Positions 19,572 to 30,616 of a DNA stretch of 64,000 nt are shown here, in pieces (position 1 is the stretch's first letter; each line of letters starts with the position of its first letter). The position numbers and the translations under genes are program-made. The notes beneath the pieces were generated by a model. The model was not told where the DNA came from. It made no database searches and saw only the letters and a program-made list of their open reading frames with translations. This DNA comes from an uncultured archaeon (GTDB lineage Archaea; Aenigmatarchaeota; Aenigmatarchaeia; PWEA01; JAGHBM01): NCBI GenBank assembly GCA_964584335.1, contig CAZOZN010000002.1, positions 200,025 to 264,024 of the forward strand, given 5' to 3'.

Positions 19572-19608
19572 TTTTTTAATTAAAAAAGTTAATATAAATT
19601 AGATTTTA

Positions 19609-19749
19609 ATGAAAGAAAAAGAATTCATTAAAGAGATTGATTTAGATGAAATCAACATAAAATGGGAAGATGATTTTTTCCCGGAAGATAAACTTTTGGG
19701 AAAATTAAAATTGCCCTACAAAGAATCAAAGAAAAACAAGCGTTTTTAA
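19609..19749 (+). CDS. Hypothetical small protein (46 aa)
   Basis: Intergenic ORF MKEKEFIKEIDLDEINIKWEDDFFPEDKLLGKLKLPYKESKKNKRF. There is no recognisable motif. It is listed only because it fills the lhr-ABC gap on the coding strand. Confidence 0.2.
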   Translation: MKEKEFIKEIDLDEINIKWEDDFFPEDKLLGKLKLPYKESKKNKRF

Positions 19750-19773
19750 TCATCTCCTTTTTTGGTGTTTTAA

Positions 19774-20787
19774 ATGTCGATAGTTAGTGTTAAAAAAGTT
19801 TCAAAGAAATTCCGGGACAAAAGTAAAGACAAAAGAATAATAGACAAGCATGGTCCTTTCATGGGTTTCATAAAGAAATCTCAAAATAAAAAACATTTTC
19901 ATGCTCTTAAAAACGTGAGCTTTGACGTTGAAGAGGGCGAGATATTTGGTCTTCTAGGTCCCAACGGTTCAGGAAAAACCACCCTTATAAAGATAATTAC
20001 AGGCCTTATGAGACAGGATAGCGGCCAAATAAAAGTTCTTGGAAAAAAAGTTCCCGAGGAGATAGACAGTATAAGAGGCAAGATAAATGCTGTTTTTGCA
20101 AGGGCTGCAATGTTCTGGCATTTAACTGGAGAATACAATCTTGAGGTATATTCCCAAATATACGGAGTAAAAGATTATAGTAAGAAAATAAAAAAATACC
20201 TGAAATTTTTTGAAATAGAGAATAAGAAAGACCTCTATCTTGACAAGCGTTCAACCGGGGAGTTGATGAGATTTAATCTTGCGAGGTCTTTGCTTAATTC
20301 TCCAAGAGTTTTGTTTCTTGATGAGCCGACTATTGGTTTAGACCCTCATATAAGTCTAAAGGTGAGGAATTTTCTTAAGAAATTAAATCAAACAGAAAAA
20401 ATGACAATTCTACTTACTACGCATTACATGGAAGAGGCAGATTATCTTTGTGACAGAATAGCCATAATAAACAACGGAAAAATAATAAAAATAGATACTC
20501 CTTCTAACCTAAAAAAATTATTGAGTAAAGAGAAGATACTGGAATTCAGAATGAAAGAAATGAACAGGAAAACTATAGAAAAGATAAAAAAATTAAAGTA
20601 TGTAGAGAATGCGCACTGGGTTGACGAGGAGGAAAAACTCAGAGTAATTGTCAGCAGCCTTGATAAATGTGATAATGTTATAACTGAAATTAGGAAATCC
20701 GGCAACAACATAATTTCTATAAATACAGATGAACCGAGCCTTGAAGATGTTTTTATACACCTTACGAAAAAGAGGTTGGTTAGATGA
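19774..20787 (+). CDS. ABC transporter ATP-binding protein
   Basis: Walker A GPNGSGKTT, signature-like LSTGELMR, Walker B VLFLDEPTIGLD and an H-loop are present. It overlaps the downstream permease gene by 4 nt. Confidence 0.85.
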   Translation: MSIVSVKKVSKKFRDKSKDKRIIDKHGPFMGFIKKSQNKKHFHALKNVSFDVEEGEIFGLLGPNGSGKTTLIKIITGLMRQDSGQIKVLGKKVPEEIDSIRGKINAVFARAAMFWHLTGEYNLEVYSQIYGVKDYSKKIKKYLKFFEIENKKDLYLDKRSTGELMRFNLARSLLNSPRVLFLDEPTIGLDPHISLKVRNFLKKLNQTEKMTILLTTHYMEEADYLCDRIAIINNGKIIKIDTPSNLKKLLSKEKILEFRMKEMNRKTIEKIKKLKYVENAHWVDEEEKLRVIVSSLDKCDNVITEIRKSGNNIISINTDEPSLEDVFIHLTKKRLVR

Positions 20788-21587
20788 GATTTTTTAGAGA
20801 CCTTAGGATTATGTTCGTTGCTGAGATAAAGAGATACTATAGATGGAAAGAGAGAGTTGTATGGGATGTACTTTTTACTCTTATAGCTTTCTTTGGTTTC
20901 ATTCTAGTCTGGAGAACAGTATTAATGGGAGGTTTTCAGGGAGTAGGCGATTTGACCGCAGAGAACTATATAACATTCTTGCTGACGGGCACCGTTATGT
21001 GGGTTGTTATAAGGCAGGGGATAGGATGGCAAATGGCCTTTGCATTTACACAAGACAAACATAGAAGGGTACTTCCCTACATAATGATTTCACCAATGAA
21101 TAAAATAGCATATCTTTATGGTAAAATAGGTACTGGTTTGTTGCGTTCCATAATAAACAACATAATTATAATAATAGTTGCCTCGTTATTTTTTGAGTTC
21201 TATTATGCTGGCAGTACTGTTTTGACTATTTTTTTATTTGCTCTAACTTTCGTTGCATTTTCTGGAATAGGGCTTATTATAGCATCTCTTGGTGCTGTAA
21301 GGGAAGGTATAGCAGACTTTTCTTTGGTTCTTATAGAATTTGTTTACCTTGTCTCCGGAGTGTATTATCCTATAGAAGTTTTCCCAGAAAATATAAGAGG
21401 ATTTGTTTTGCTGTTACCGACTACACAGGCTATAAATGCAGTTAGAAAAATAGGTCTTCACGGTGCTGGTTTTTTCGATATATTACCCCAAATATTATAT
21501 CTGGGAGTTTTAGCTATAATATCTCCAATAATAGGCTATTATGTTTTTAGATGGGTTAAAAACAGGGCAATGCTTATCGGAATCTGA
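20784..21587 (+). CDS. ABC-2 type transporter permease
   Basis: 267-aa protein with 6 predicted TM helices. It is translationally coupled to the ATPase gene. Confidence 0.75.
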   Translation: MRFFRDLRIMFVAEIKRYYRWKERVVWDVLFTLIAFFGFILVWRTVLMGGFQGVGDLTAENYITFLLTGTVMWVVIRQGIGWQMAFAFTQDKHRRVLPYIMISPMNKIAYLYGKIGTGLLRSIINNIIIIIVASLFFEFYYAGSTVLTIFLFALTFVAFSGIGLIIASLGAVREGIADFSLVLIEFVYLVSGVYYPIEVFPENIRGFVLLLPTTQAINAVRKIGLHGAGFFDILPQILYLGVLAIISPIIGYYVFRWVKNRAMLIGI

Positions 21588-22533
21588 GTTTTTTTGCCGC
21601 GTATTCAGGCATTACTTCGTTTACAAAAAGTCCGAAATATTCAAAGCCGCCGTATATCTTAAGTTTTGGGTATATTTCTATATGGAAGTGCCAAAAATCT
21701 GATTTAGGAAATGAATTGTAAACTATGTGGTAAGGCAAGTCCCCGAACAATTCATTGTATTTATTAAGCAGTTTTTTTATTGTTTTTAAGAAGTACCTTT
21801 TTTGGCTAGAATCAAGTTTTGATATATCAGATATATGTCTTTTTGGAAATAGCCATGTTTCATAAGGCCACGTGGAAGCGTACGGTGCAATTACTACGAA
21901 TTCTTTGTTTTCAGATACAATTCTTTTCTTTTTTTCTTTCTCCTTTTTTATTATATCACAATACGGGCACCTGTTCTCTTTTTTGTAAAATTTTTCCGCT
22001 GCAGTCATTTTCTCCGATATTTTTTTAGGGAAAACAGGGGATGCTATTATTTGAGAATGTGAATGACCGATAGAAGCTCCTGCCATCTTTCCCTCATTTT
22101 TGAACATTGTTACGTATACTATTTCCTTTCTTTTTATGTGCTCTTTGTATCTTTTAATTAAAACACCCAATGATAATTCCATGTCTTTTATGGACAAATC
22201 ATGAAAATCTTTTGAGTGGTCTGGAGTTTCTATCACAACTTCGTGTGAACCATAAGGTTTGTAATGATTAAAGAAGCCTTTTCCTTCCTCTCCATTGAAT
22301 TTAGTATCACATAGAGCGGGAAACTTGTTCGGTATCAGCCTTACTTTCCAGTTCTTTTTAGGTTTTTGTATTATTTCTTTCGGTGTCATTTTTTCGTTGC
22401 CGGGACAGAATGGGCACTTACTCGGGTCCATCACTTCTCCTTTTTTAGCACTGAACAAATGAGGCCTCTTTGCTCTTTTTGGTGAAAAAACAACATATTT
22501 TTCAGATATGTAGTCTCTTCTTATCTCGTTCAT
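21574..22533 (-). CDS. galT: Galactose-1-phosphate uridylyltransferase (HIT-superfamily, class I GalT)
   Basis: N-terminal zinc site CPFCPGNE. The active-site HxHxQ is present as HSHSQ. A second half-domain carries a CPYCD motif. Confidence 0.8.
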   Translation of the reverse strand: MNEIRRDYISEKYVVFSPKRAKRPHLFSAKKGEVMDPSKCPFCPGNEKMTPKEIIQKPKKNWKVRLIPNKFPALCDTKFNGEEGKGFFNHYKPYGSHEVVIETPDHSKDFHDLSIKDMELSLGVLIKRYKEHIKRKEIVYVTMFKNEGKMAGASIGHSHSQIIASPVFPKKISEKMTAAEKFYKKENRCPYCDIIKKEKEKKKRIVSENKEFVVIAPYASTWPYETWLFPKRHISDISKLDSSQKRYFLKTIKKLLNKYNELFGDLPYHIVYNSFPKSDFWHFHIEIYPKLKIYGGFEYFGLFVNEVMPEYAAKKLRFR

Positions 22534-22554
22534 TTTATCACAATAATAGTAAGT

Positions 22555-23874
22555 TTATTCTTTTATTAATGATTCGACTTCCTTTAGTTTATCTTCCATA
22601 ATCTCTTTTGTCTTTCCTTCCAGATTCAGCCTTAATAGGTCCTCGGTGTTGGATGGCCTTAAGTTGAACCACCAATTTTCAAATTCTACAGTCATTCCGT
22701 CTATCTTTTCTATTTTTGCATCCGTTTTTGAGTAATATTTCTCTATTTCACTAATCTTGCCTTCTTTGTCTTTTACTTCGTAGTTGGTCTCAATTATTTT
22801 ATAGTATTTCTTGAAAGGTTTTACAACTTCTGAAAGTTTTTTGCCAGAGTTAGATAATACTTCTAACAAATTTACTAGTGCTTTCAATGTTGATTCGGCG
22901 TAAAAACAATCCTTGAAGTAGAAATGTCCGGAGGATTCTCCGCCAAAAATAACGTCTTCTTCTCTCATCCTTTTTTGTATAAAAGAATGCCCGACCCTGG
23001 ATTTTATTGGTACACCGCCGAATTTTAATATAGTTTCCGGTACTATTTTGCTGACAGTCAAGTTGTAAAGTATTTTACCTTTTTCTTTTTTTAGTACGTT
23101 TTTTGCTATTATAGACAAAATAATTTCACTAGTTACGAAATTACCTTTTTCATCAACAAAACCAATTCTATCTCCGTCACCATCGAAAGCCACTCCAAAA
23201 TCTGCTTTTTGTTTTAAAACAAATTCTTTTAATTTCTGTAGGTTACTTTCTTTTATTGGATTCGCTTCGTGGTTGGGAAATGTACAGTCGACTTCAGAAT
23301 AAATAGTCTCGTAATTTATATTCATTTTTTCCAAAAAATCCTTTATAAACAAACCTACCATGCCATTTCCAGGGTCCACAACTATCTTACCGTTATAATT
23401 TATTTTCTTGCTTGCCATGAATTGAACAAAGTCTTCTTTGATATCTATTTTATTTACGGAATAATCAGCGTATTTGTAATCCATTTCTTTAACACCTTCT
23501 TCTATTTTTGATATACCCGTATCGTATACAAGCGGCACTGCATTTTTTCTAACTGCCTTTATTCCGTTAAATTCAGCACCCAAATGGGATGCTGTAATCA
23601 TTATACCTCCATCGGCTTTAAGCTTGTTTACAGCAAAGTAAAACATAGGAGTAGTGGAAAAACCTATATCAATTATTTCTTTTCCTGTCTGATAAAGTCC
23701 TGACAGAATACCGTCTTTAATTTCATCCGATGATTTTCTGGCATCCATACCAACGACTATTTTATTTTCTTTAATTAACCCACCAAAGGCCTTTCCTATT
23801 TTGAAAGCTATTTCTTTGTTGATTTCATAAGGGTATTTGCCTCTTATGTCATAAGCCTTGAAAATACCAGACAT
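22555..23874 (-). CDS. Phosphomannomutase/phosphoglucomutase (alpha-D-phosphohexomutase)
   Basis: The catalytic Ser loop reads TASHLGAEFNGIK. The Mg site is GVAFDGDGDR. The sugar-binding GGESSGH motif is present. Confidence 0.85.
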   Translation of the reverse strand: MSGIFKAYDIRGKYPYEINKEIAFKIGKAFGGLIKENKIVVGMDARKSSDEIKDGILSGLYQTGKEIIDIGFSTTPMFYFAVNKLKADGGIMITASHLGAEFNGIKAVRKNAVPLVYDTGISKIEEGVKEMDYKYADYSVNKIDIKEDFVQFMASKKINYNGKIVVDPGNGMVGLFIKDFLEKMNINYETIYSEVDCTFPNHEANPIKESNLQKLKEFVLKQKADFGVAFDGDGDRIGFVDEKGNFVTSEIILSIIAKNVLKKEKGKILYNLTVSKIVPETILKFGGVPIKSRVGHSFIQKRMREEDVIFGGESSGHFYFKDCFYAESTLKALVNLLEVLSNSGKKLSEVVKPFKKYYKIIETNYEVKDKEGKISEIEKYYSKTDAKIEKIDGMTVEFENWWFNLRPSNTEDLLRLNLEGKTKEIMEDKLKEVESLIKE

Positions 23875-23971
23875 TAATAAGAATTGTGAACCATTATTTA
23901 ATAAATTTACAAATACCGGAAAGACAGTAAAATACTAAAAATTTTATAAACTAGGAATTTAAAATCATATA

Positions 23972-26254
23972 GTGTTTAAGATGAAAAAATACGTAGCGGA
24001 TTTTAAAGATTTATCAAAAAAGGACATACCTCTAGTGGGTGGAAAGAACGCTAACTTAGGGGAAATGATTCAGAAAACAAAGGTTCCCGTCCCTGGAGGT
24101 TTTGCTATAACAACTAAAGCTTACGATTATTTTATCAAGTACAATAAGATAGATGATGATATACGTTCTGTAGTTTCTAAACTGGATAAAAAAAATCTTA
24201 GAAATCTTGAAAAGATAGGTAAGAAAGTAAGAGATTTAATTAAGAACGGCAAATTTCCAAAAGATTTGAGAGATGAAATAGTTTCGTATTATAAAAAACT
24301 TTCTAAGAAGAACAAGAAAAAAGATATAAGTGTTGCAGTAAGAAGCTCTGCTACTGCTGAGGACTTGGCGGATGCAAGCTTTGCAGGCCAACAGGAGAGT
24401 TACCTTAACATAGTAGGTGAAAGACAACTACTTTTTGCTGTAAAAAAATGTATAGCATCCCTATTCACCAACAGAGCTATTTCTTACAGAGAGGATAAGG
24501 GATTCGACCATTTCAAAGTCAAGCTTTCTGTTGCTGTTCAAAAAATGGTATATTCAAAAAGCTCCGGCGTGATGTTTTCTATGGACCCGGATTCAGGAAA
24601 CGAAAATTTTGTTTTCATAAACGGAAGCTGGGGACTGGGTGATTACATAGTACAGGGCAAGGTCAATCCGGATTCTTTTTACGTCCTCAAAAATACTAAA
24701 ACGATAATAAACAAAAAATTGGGAAGTAAGAAAGCTATGGAAGTCAGGTCTAAGAGAGGCGTGAAGAACAAGTCAGTACCTACCAGTAAAAGAAAAAGGT
24801 TCTGTATAACTGATAATGATGTAATTAATCTGGCAAAATATTGCATGGATATTGAAAAACACTACAAAAGGAACATGGACATAGAGTGGGCTAAGGACGG
24901 TTCAGGAAATCTTTACATACTCCAAGCAAGACCAGAAACCATACACTCTTCCAGGGGGGAGAAGAAAGCTGAACAATATATACTAAGAGAGAAAAGCGAG
25001 ATAATATCAAAGGGTGAAAGCATAGGCAGAAAAATAGGTTCAGGAACTGTAAATGTCATAAAGTCAGCAAAGAACATATCAAAATTCAATAAGGGACAGG
25101 TTTTGGTAACGGAGATGACCGACCCGGACTGGGAACCCATAATGAAAATCGCTTCTGCAATAATAACCGAGAAAGGAGGAAGAACATCTCATGCTGCAAT
25201 AGTATCAAGGGAACTGGGTATTCCTGCAGTTCTTGGAGTTGAGAATGCGACAAAGAAACTAAAGAAAGGCCAGAAAGTTACCGTAGACTGTACAGAGGAA
25301 ACTGGAAGAATATGGAAAGGTAACCTAGATTACGACGTTAAAAAAATTGATTTGGGAAAGATACCCAAAACAAAAACTGAAGTATTTGTAAATGTCGGGA
25401 TACCTGAAAAAGCTCTTATACAAGGGCAACTGCCGGTAGAAGGTGTTGGCTTGGCAAGGGAAGAATTTATAATGACTTCTATAGGAGAACATCCTCTTTA
25501 CGCTATAAAAAAAGGAAGGTCAAATGAATATGTTGAAAAAATCGCTGAAGGCATATCAAAAATAGCCGCTTCTTTCTATCCACGTGATGTAATATTAAGA
25601 ACTTCCGACTTTAAGACGAACGAGTATGCTGGGCTAAAAGGAGGAAAAGAATTTGAGGGAGAAGAGAACAATCCAATGATAGGATGGAGAGGCGCTTCCC
25701 GCTACGTATCAGAGTTTGAACCAGCTTTCAGGCTTGAGTGCCGTGCGATTAAGAAAGTTAGAGATGAAATGAAGCTGACAAATATAATACCAATGATACC
25801 TTTCTGCAGAACAATAGAGGAAGCCAAAGGAGTTTTAAAGATAATGAGAAGCGAAGGTCTCAAGAGAGGCAAAAATTTCAAGGTGTATGTTATGGCCGAG
25901 ATACCATCCAACGTGGTATTGGCTGACCAGTTTTCAAAATATTTTGACGGATTTTCTATAGGTTCAAATGACCTTACTCAATTGACTTTGGGTATAGACA
26001 GAGACAGCCAAAAATTGGCCAAAAGTTTTGACGAAAGAAACGATGCAGTCAAAAGAATGATTGAGATGCTTATAAAGACAGCGCATAAACACAAGAGAAA
26101 AGTTGGTATATGCGGAGAGGCCCCCAGTTACTTCCCCGAGTTTACTGAATTTCTTATAAAGTGCGGAATAGATTCAATATCAGTAAATCCAGAAGTTGCC
26201 ATAAAAACCAAGTTTTTGGTTGAAAAGGTCGAGAAGAAAATCAAAAGAAAATAA
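23972..26254 (+). CDS. ppsA: Phosphoenolpyruvate synthase (pyruvate, water dikinase)
   Basis: N-terminal PPDK_N ATP-grasp region (VGGKNANLGEM). The phospho-His domain reads GGRTSHAAIVSRELGIPAV. A C-terminal PEP-utilising TIM barrel is present. The ATG at 23981 is an alternative start to the GTG at 23972. Confidence 0.9.
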   Translation: MFKMKKYVADFKDLSKKDIPLVGGKNANLGEMIQKTKVPVPGGFAITTKAYDYFIKYNKIDDDIRSVVSKLDKKNLRNLEKIGKKVRDLIKNGKFPKDLRDEIVSYYKKLSKKNKKKDISVAVRSSATAEDLADASFAGQQESYLNIVGERQLLFAVKKCIASLFTNRAISYREDKGFDHFKVKLSVAVQKMVYSKSSGVMFSMDPDSGNENFVFINGSWGLGDYIVQGKVNPDSFYVLKNTKTIINKKLGSKKAMEVRSKRGVKNKSVPTSKRKRFCITDNDVINLAKYCMDIEKHYKRNMDIEWAKDGSGNLYILQARPETIHSSRGEKKAEQYILREKSEIISKGESIGRKIGSGTVNVIKSAKNISKFNKGQVLVTEMTDPDWEPIMKIASAIITEKGGRTSHAAIVSRELGIPAVLGVENATKKLKKGQKVTVDCTEETGRIWKGNLDYDVKKIDLGKIPKTKTEVFVNVGIPEKALIQGQLPVEGVGLAREEFIMTSIGEHPLYAIKKGRSNEYVEKIAEGISKIAASFYPRDVILRTSDFKTNEYAGLKGGKEFEGEENNPMIGWRGASRYVSEFEPAFRLECRAIKKVRDEMKLTNIIPMIPFCRTIEEAKGVLKIMRSEGLKRGKNFKVYVMAEIPSNVVLADQFSKYFDGFSIGSNDLTQLTLGIDRDSQKLAKSFDERNDAVKRMIEMLIKTAHKHKRKVGICGEAPSYFPEFTEFLIKCGIDSISVNPEVAIKTKFLVEKVEKKIKRK

Positions 26255-26266
26255 TATGAGCATTTT

Positions 26267-26737
26267 TTAAATATAGTCTTCTTCAGTAAATATTTTAATG
26301 TTATTTTTATCTAGCAGTGCTGCTGTAACACCATTACCTCTTGTTTTTCCCCTTTTCTTTAATCCTCCCTGCGTAAAGCCATGCCCACACGAAGGACTTC
26401 CCTGTTTCATTATAACTTCATTTACGTTGAAATATTTTACTAATTTGAGTGTTTCAAACGCTCCTTTAATGAAATGTTTTGTAACATCTTCATCATTGTC
26501 TGTAATCACTTTGCTTTTTCCATCTAAAACCGATTTACCATCTCCATATACTATTCTGCTTCCGCTTCTTGGTATTGGAAGTCCCCCCAAATATTCGGGG
26601 CAAATTTCTATTATCTCATGTTTGTAATATTCGTCCATTATTCTTCTCGAAGATTTTTTAAGGTTATCTTTACCATCATATCTGCATTTAAAACCAAGTA
26701 GACATGCACTACACAATTTCATAATTATTATTAACAT
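26267..26737 (-). CDS. DUF523 family protein
   Basis: The N-terminal CSACLLGFKCRYDG matches the DUF523 (YbbK-like) signature. Confidence 0.65.
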   Translation of the reverse strand: MLIIIMKLCSACLLGFKCRYDGKDNLKKSSRRIMDEYYKHEIIEICPEYLGGLPIPRSGSRIVYGDGKSVLDGKSKVITDNDEDVTKHFIKGAFETLKLVKYFNVNEVIMKQGSPSCGHGFTQGGLKKRGKTRGNGVTAALLDKNNIKIFTEEDYI

Positions 26738-26780
26738 GAAAAACTATAATAACTTATAAAAATTATTTTATAGTGATTAG

Positions 26781-27677
26781 ATGGATAAAGAAGTTCTAGA
26801 CAAATACAAAAAAGCCGGAAGGATAGACAAAGAATGCCTTGATATGGGCAGGAAATTGATAAAACCCGGGGTAAGTATAATGGATGTTATAGAGAAAATA
26901 GAGAAAAATATAATTGATTCTGGAGCAGGATTTGCATTCCCTATAAATGTTTCAATAAATGACATGGCAGCTCATGATACAGCAGACATAGAAGACAACA
27001 GAGTCTTCAAATCAGGAGACTTAATCAAGCTTGATATAGGGGTTCAAGTAGATGGTTATATAGCTGATTCAGCAATAACTATTTCTCTTGGTTCTGAAAA
27101 AGAAGAATTGATTAAAGTATCAGAAAATGCACTTAAAAATGCTCTAAAAATGATGAAACCAGGAGGTAAAGTATCTGAAATATCCGAAGTGATAGAAAAC
27201 ACAATAAGAAAGGAGGGTTTCAATCCTATAATAAATCTTTCAGGTCATCAACTAGAGCAATATGAGTTGCATGCTGGAATAAACTTTCCCAACGTTAAAA
27301 CAGACTTGGATTATGTACTGAAAGAAAATGATGCCTTTGCTCTTGAACCTTTTGTAACAGATGGAAGTGGAAAAGTCGTAGAGACAGAGAAAACCTTGAT
27401 TTATATGTTCTTGAATGACAGGCCATCTAGATTTCATGAAAGCAGGAAAGTCCTGGACTTGGCAGAAAACAAGTACAATACACTACCTTTTACAAAAAGA
27501 TGGCTTGCAAGAGATTTGAATATCTCTCCCATAAAACTTAGGATGATACTAATTCAGCTCGAAAATATAAATTCTCTTTACGGCTATCCCGCTTTAAGAG
27601 AAATAAAAAATGGTCATGTGGCTCAATCAGAACACACGGTTATTGTAAAAGACAAACCCGTAATCACTACTGCTTAA
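26781..27677 (+). CDS. map: Methionine aminopeptidase, type 2 (archaeal)
   Basis: 298 aa with the pita-bread fold metal ligands (D...D...H...E...E pattern: [17 protein letters not shown]..., [13 protein letters not shown]). It is convergent with cdc48 and overlaps it by 4 nt. Confidence 0.9.
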   Translation: MDKEVLDKYKKAGRIDKECLDMGRKLIKPGVSIMDVIEKIEKNIIDSGAGFAFPINVSINDMAAHDTADIEDNRVFKSGDLIKLDIGVQVDGYIADSAITISLGSEKEELIKVSENALKNALKMMKPGGKVSEISEVIENTIRKEGFNPIINLSGHQLEQYELHAGINFPNVKTDLDYVLKENDAFALEPFVTDGSGKVVETEKTLIYMFLNDRPSRFHESRKVLDLAENKYNTLPFTKRWLARDLNISPIKLRMILIQLENINSLYGYPALREIKNGHVAQSEHTVIVKDKPVITTA

Positions 27678-29974
27678 CCAACATAACTTATTTCCCTTCC
27701 TTCACTAAATCTCTTTTTCAAATCAACATCCCTGTAATATTTCTTCATTTCTTTTGAAAGAGATGGTTTTACTTCTTTTAGTGCTTCTTTGAAATGTTTC
27801 ATTGATATTTTTTTGGAATTTATGTTTTCTCTTAGGGCATTAAGACCTGCTTCCCTGCATATTGCTTCTATATCAGCTCCACTGTATCCCTCTGTCTCCT
27901 TGGCCATCTTCTTAAGGTCAACATTTTCAAGAGACATTCCTTTTGTATGTACCTGGAAAATCTTTAGCCTGCTTTTTTCATCCGGTTCAGGTATTAACAT
28001 CTGCTTGTCAAATCTTCCCGGTCTCAAAAGTGCAGGGTCTACTATGTCCGGCCTGTTTGTGGCTGCAATAACGACGACATCGTGAAGTTCTTCCAGTCCG
28101 CTCATCTCGCTCAACATCTGTGAAACAACACGCTCACCTACTCTGCTGTCGGAAGAGCTTATTCCTCTGCTTGGTGCCATTGCATCAATCTCGTCAAAGA
28201 ATATTATTGTCGGGGATACCTGTTTGGCTTTTCGGAATATTTCCCTCACCATCTTCTCTGACTCACCGACCCACTTGCTTAGCATTTCCGGGCCCTTGAT
28301 TGATATAAAATTCGACTCGCTTTCATTTGCAACAGCTCTTGCTATAAGAGTCTTACCGCAGCCAGGGGGACCGTACAGCATTATTCCCTTGGGCGGTTTT
28401 ATTCCTATATTTTTGAAAGAGTCTGGATACTTGAGTGGCCATTCGACTGATTCCTTAAGCCTTTCTTTAACATCTTTCAGCCCACCAACATCATTCCAGT
28501 TTACCTTGGGAACCTCTATCATTACTTCTCTCATTGCAGAAGGCTGGACCATCTTCATTGCATAATCAAAATCTTTTTTAGTCACCTTTAGCCTGCTTAT
28601 TAGTTCTTCCGGAAGTGGTTCATTTTCTTCAAGTCCTGACATTTCTGGTTGAACTCTTCTAAGTACATGCATAGCTGCTTCCTTGGCAAGAGCTTCCAGA
28701 TCTGCCCCCACAAATCCGTATGTTTTTTCAGCAAGATTTTCTAGTTTTATTTCCTTTGACATAGGCATGTGCCTTGTATGTATTTCCAATATCTCCTTTC
28801 TACCTTTTTTGGTCGGCACTCCCATTTCTATTTCTCTGTCAAACCTCCCGGGTCTTCTCAGGGCAGGATCTATGGCATTTACCCTGTTTGTTGCTGCTAT
28901 CACTATAACTTTCCCCCTGCTTTTTAATCCATCCATCAAAGTCAAAAGCTGTGAAACAACTCTTCTCTCGACTTCTCCTGTAACCTCTCCTCTTTTGGGA
29001 GCTATCGCATCTATTTCATCTATGAATATTATTGCGGGAGAGTTTTGCTCCGCGTCTTCAAAAACCTTTCTAAGGTTCTGTTCGGACTGGCCGTAAAACT
29101 TGGACATTATTTCAGGACCTGCAAGTGAGATAAAATGCGCACCGGCCTCGTTTGCAACGGCCTTTGCCAAGAGAGTTTTTCCTGTTCCGGGCGGCCCATA
29201 CATCAAAACTCCTTTCGGTGGGGCTATTCCTAGCCTATCAAATAACTCAGGATGCTTAAGCGGCAGCTCAATCATTTCCCTGACTTTTTTAATCTCGTCA
29301 TGCAGTCCGCCAATATCTTCGTAAGTGACTGTAGGTATTCTAGTTTCCTCTATTTTTTCGACTGCGTGTTCCTTTAACACTATTTCAGTATTTTCACCTA
29401 CTCTCACTATACCTTCTGGTGAAACTTTCGCTATAATTAGTTTTATTTCTGTACCGAAACTTCCAAATGAGCCAGGACCCATTGTGCCTATGTTTATACC
29501 AAACTGTTTGAATATATCTTCAAACGGGTCTGTTCTTCTTCTTTTGTTTATTACAGATGAAGGCACTATAACATCGCCCTTTGTGGCCGGTCTCATGATA
29601 AGTTTCTGCCTCAAAAGGTTTTCATTCATAAATATCTTCATGCCTTTTTGTGTCGGTGCGAGAACTATCTTTTTTGCTTCTTTTACATCAGCTTTCCTTA
29701 CCTTTACCATTTCGCTTATACCAGTCCCCGCATTTCTTCTGACAAGCCCGTCCATTCTTATTATATCAAGACCTATATCGTCGGGGTAAGGACCAACAAC
29801 AATAGCGCCTGTCTTGTTTTTGCCCTCTATTTCTACAATATCACCGTCTCTAAGACCTAATTTTTTCATAGCTTTGGAATCCATCCTTGCTATTCCCTTG
29901 CCGTATTCCTCCCTGCTTGTAAGCTCACCAACTTTGAGTTTTAATACATCATCTTTATCTTTTTTGAAAACCAT
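27674..29974 (-). CDS. cdc48: Cdc48/VCP-like double-ring AAA+ ATPase
   Basis: An N-terminal double-psi-barrel domain is followed by two AAA modules. Each has a Walker A ([16 protein letters not shown]) and a second-region-of-homology arginine motif. Size is 766 aa. Confidence 0.95.
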   Translation of the reverse strand: MVFKKDKDDVLKLKVGELTSREEYGKGIARMDSKAMKKLGLRDGDIVEIEGKNKTGAIVVGPYPDDIGLDIIRMDGLVRRNAGTGISEMVKVRKADVKEAKKIVLAPTQKGMKIFMNENLLRQKLIMRPATKGDVIVPSSVINKRRRTDPFEDIFKQFGINIGTMGPGSFGSFGTEIKLIIAKVSPEGIVRVGENTEIVLKEHAVEKIEETRIPTVTYEDIGGLHDEIKKVREMIELPLKHPELFDRLGIAPPKGVLMYGPPGTGKTLLAKAVANEAGAHFISLAGPEIMSKFYGQSEQNLRKVFEDAEQNSPAIIFIDEIDAIAPKRGEVTGEVERRVVSQLLTLMDGLKSRGKVIVIAATNRVNAIDPALRRPGRFDREIEMGVPTKKGRKEILEIHTRHMPMSKEIKLENLAEKTYGFVGADLEALAKEAAMHVLRRVQPEMSGLEENEPLPEELISRLKVTKKDFDYAMKMVQPSAMREVMIEVPKVNWNDVGGLKDVKERLKESVEWPLKYPDSFKNIGIKPPKGIMLYGPPGCGKTLIARAVANESESNFISIKGPEMLSKWVGESEKMVREIFRKAKQVSPTIIFFDEIDAMAPSRGISSSDSRVGERVVSQMLSEMSGLEELHDVVVIAATNRPDIVDPALLRPGRFDKQMLIPEPDEKSRLKIFQVHTKGMSLENVDLKKMAKETEGYSGADIEAICREAGLNALRENINSKKISMKHFKEALKEVKPSLSKEMKKYYRDVDLKKRFSEGREISYVG

Positions 29975-29982
29975 GAAATCAC

Positions 29983-30345
29983 CTACTTTATTTTTATTTC
30001 TTTTGATTTTATTTTTTTATATTCTTCAGGTTCTAAAAGAACCTTGAAAAAATCATAATCTATTTTTTCCTCCCACTGTTTCATATAATTCATTATTTTT
30101 TCCATTTCTTTTAGTGCAACTATGAATACAGAGTTATCTACCTTTATATGAGGAGTTTCTGTCAATAAACCCTCTCTTCTGTACCTGTACTCGGATTTTT
30201 CATTCCTTATTGTTTGAGTCCATCCGTACAACCCTCTAAAAAATTTGTTTCTCTCGTAATTAGACTCAAACTTGTCCGAGTGAGTGTTGAAGCTTATTAG
30301 CACGGCCACTTTACCGTCCTTGCTTTCTTTTATTTTTATCTTCAT
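29983..30345 (-). CDS. Hypothetical protein (120 aa) immediately upstream of, and co-oriented with, cdc48
   Basis: There is no recognisable motif (KFFRGLYGW...YRYRREG). An 8-nt gap separates it from the cdc48 start, suggesting an operon. Confidence 0.5.
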   Translation of the reverse strand: MKIKIKESKDGKVAVLISFNTHSDKFESNYERNKFFRGLYGWTQTIRNEKSEYRYRREGLLTETPHIKVDNSVFIVALKEMEKIMNYMKQWEEKIDYDFFKVLLEPEEYKKIKSKEIKIK

Positions 30346-30616
30346 ACCAACACTTTTAGTGTTTATTTAAACTAAAAAGTATATAAAACTTTCGGTTGAA
30401 GGGTACTTTTTTAAAAAAGAGAGGCAGGAGGCAGAACCTCCTGATAAACTAATCCAAAGCGTTTTTATTTCAGGTTGTAATTAGAAATCTATTTTTTATT
30501 CGCTGTTTTTCTTCTTTTTTCTTGGAGCCATGAAGGACACACCTCCTATTTTTTACATTTCTAAATAATTTATTGAGTATTTAAGCCTATCCAATGAAAG
30601 GCAAGGAAAATTCTTT

